Of a stretch of 64,000 nt of DNA, positions 61,890-64,000 are shown in pieces; positions within the stretch are counted from its first letter, which is position 1; every line of letters begins with the position of its first letter. A program made the position numbers and the translations under genes. The notes under the pieces were generated by a model. It searched no databases. It worked only from the letters and a program-made list of their open reading frames with translations, and had not been told where the DNA came from. This DNA comes from Thecamonas trahens ATCC 50062 (taxonomy: Eukaryota > Protista > Apusomonadida): assembly GCF_000142905.1 (NCBI RefSeq), contig NW_013657629.1:186001-250000 (forward strand), read 5' to 3'.

Positions 61890-64000
61890 GTGACTGACGA
61901 GGGAAGACATTCACCGGCTGCGGGATGTGACAGTGACACGGCGACGGGTGCGGCTGCCGAGGCGGACTCTGTGGATCTGTCTGATCCTTCGACGCTGTTC
62001 TCGCCCGAGTTTCTGGCGGGGCGGCTGTCTGCGAGCCAGCTGAGGACGCGGCTGGAGGCGGTGTCCAAGGCGCTGAGCGTGGCGGCGGAGAACGAGGTGG
62101 ACTTGCGGGCCGGACATGGGCCTGGGCTGGAGGCGCTTGCGGAGGCGCTTGTGGACTCGCGGGTGGTCAAGTCGAGCGACCAAGGCCTTGTGGTGACGGG
62201 TGCGCTGGTGCTTGCGCAGCTGCTGCGTGTGTACGCGCCGCACGCGCCGTACTCGTCTGCGGGCGAGATCAAAACCATTTTCACACTCTTCCACAAGGTG
62301 CTCCGTAACCACCTGACGGCTGACTCGCCGCTGTACCCGCGGGTCTTTGCACTGCTGGAAGAGCTTGTGCGGACGCAGACGTACATTCTGCTTATCGAGT
62401 TTGAGCTTCACGACCAGGTGCTCGAGCTGTACCGGCTGGCGTTTGAGCTCGCACCCCAACTGCGGGCTGACCAGAGCCACATCAAGGCGTACCTTGTCTC
62501 GATTCTGACGTCGCTTGTGGACGAGTCTGATGCGGTGTCGCAGGAGGTGCTCGACGAGATTTTTACGCAACTGCTGCCGGCGCAGGCGCAGCAGGCTGCG
62601 GCGGCGCACGAGCTTGCGCTGATGCTGGTGCAGAATGTGTCGACGCGGCTGCAGCCGTACGTCACATCGTGGCTCCACGACGTGCTTCTTGCGGGCAAGA
62701 CGAGCGAGTACGAACTTGCGGATGAGGCAGCATCGATTGTGTTTGCGCTGTATGCGGCGGCACCGTCGATTCTGCTGTACGTGCTTCCGCAGCTGGAGGA
62801 GCACCTCAAGACGGAAGACGAGGAGCAGCGTGTCGGGCTTGTGGAGCTGGTGGGCAACCTTGCTGCGCTGAAGGCGCCTCGCGGCGGGTCGCTGTACGAA
62901 AAGTATCCGCCGCTGTTTGGTGTGTTCAAGGACCGGTTCCGCGACATCTCAAGCCGGGTGCGGACGGCGATGGTCTCGATGACGGCCGCGATTCTGAGCG
63001 CGAATGGGGCCAAGGTGCAGGCGGAGCTGACGCCGCTGCTGCTGGAGCGGCTGGAGGATACCGATGCCGGGGTGCGGATTGCAGCTATCGAGGTTGTGGC
63101 GCAGCTGGCGTCGAGGCCTGCGACGGCAGCGGCGTTTGCCGAGCCGCTGCTGCAGGTCGGGTCGCGGCTGCTGGACCGCAAGCCCGCGGTGGCCAAGGCA
63201 GCGATGGGCGCGCTGGCGCGCGCGTACGCGGTCTACCGCGACGCGTTTCTGGACGACACGCTCGCTGCAGACGCGCCGCAGCTGGACTGGATTCCGGGCT
63301 CGATTCTCTCGCTGGTGTCGAACATTGCGCTGACGCTTGGTGACGGCGACGTGGGGTTTGGCGGGCCGATGAACGACGGCGAGCTGGAGACGCTTGCGTC
63401 GCTCTCGGGCAACGACGCGGAGCTGTCGAGTCTCCGGTTTGAGATTGAGGCTGTGTTTGACGAAGTTATTCTGCCTGGCGGCGAGGGCGGTGGGCGCGAG
63501 CTCGACGCTGCGGACCGTGCCGAGACGCTGCTGTTTGTGTTTGACACTGCGCCGCTGGTGGCGCGCAAGGGTCTGGAGCTGCTGTTCCGACAGAGGGCAC
63601 AGTTTTATGTCGTGCTCTCGGCGTACCTCAAGCTGCGGAGTGCGCATTCGCGGGAGGCGCCGGAAGGAGTGGCGGCGCGGATGGAGTCGCTGTTGGGGCG
63701 CTCGGGGCGATGGTGGTGGGCCACACGCGGGCGCGAACTAGCGAGGTCCTCCGCGAGCTGCACAAGGTGGTGGACGGCAACGTGTTCAAGCTGCTGGCCA
63801 AGCTTCTGGACCCGGGACTCGAGCTAGGGAGCGTGGCTGCGGCGCGGGAGGAGTTTGTCAAGGCGGCAGTGGCGGGGGCGACGGTGAAGGGCGCCGGGCG
63901 GCGTGCGGCGTTTGTGGACGTGATGACCCAGATTGCGCGCAAGGCGGCGAACCCGTACTGCGCGACCGAGGTGCTCGCGGTGCTGCTTGCGCAGATCGAG
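61890..64000 (+). CDS. PDS5: Sister chromatid cohesion protein PDS5 (5' part; start uncertain, frameshift near 63697, runs off the window)
   Basis: LLRVYAPHAPY, APSILLYVLPQLEEHL, FKDRFRDISSRVR, RLLDRKPAV, DWIPGSIL; after the shift, LHKVVDGNVFKLLAKLLDP. Confidence 0.9.

Noticed and set aside
61740-61935. First exon of PDS5 (MDTLVGALQ followed by GTAAGG donor)
   Set aside because: Phase does not match the nearest CAG acceptor at 61933, so the start is left unresolved

Overview
GC-rich, gene-dense eukaryotic nuclear DNA with few introns (GT-AG, CTRAC/CTCAC-like branch points) and three N gaps. Axonemal and transition-zone genes (ODF3/SHIPPO, RPGRIP1L, ARMC4) indicate a flagellate; composition and gene content resemble an apusomonad such as Thecamonas, which is inference only. 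About 28 protein genes are supported. In order: class I PI3K (5' part, absent from the ORF track), a BTB protein with a cold-shock-like N-terminus, HAL2/SAL1, TBC1D13-like GAP with PH domain, PTAR1, an RBR-like E3, ECHDC1, a PPR-like mitochondrial protein, NFS1, OSCA/TMEM63, a SHIPPO-repeat protein, a TUTase, a basic hypothetical, NOP16, DUF1295, URB2, a 2OG-Fe(II) oxygenase, a spliced 44-aa membrane microprotein, RPGRIP1L, TMEM222, an F-BAR protein, CAF16-like ABC, mS38, a divergent PLP-fold protein, DEPDC5, a bacterial-like membrane protein, ARMC4, eRF3 and PDS5 (truncated by the window end). Six genes carry frameshifts, five of them fixed by adding one base to a short homopolymer, which most likely reflects sequencing error. 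No CRISPR array, rRNA, tRNA or clear transposon was found, and no multi-gene novel system can be demonstrated from sequence alone. The best leads are the tandem HTH-like tail on DEPDC5, the regular 12 x 64-aa SHIPPO array, the KKxx microprotein, the PLP-fold gene, abutting convergent gene pairs and repeat-filled divergent promoters. Family assignments are from recalled motifs, not database searches.
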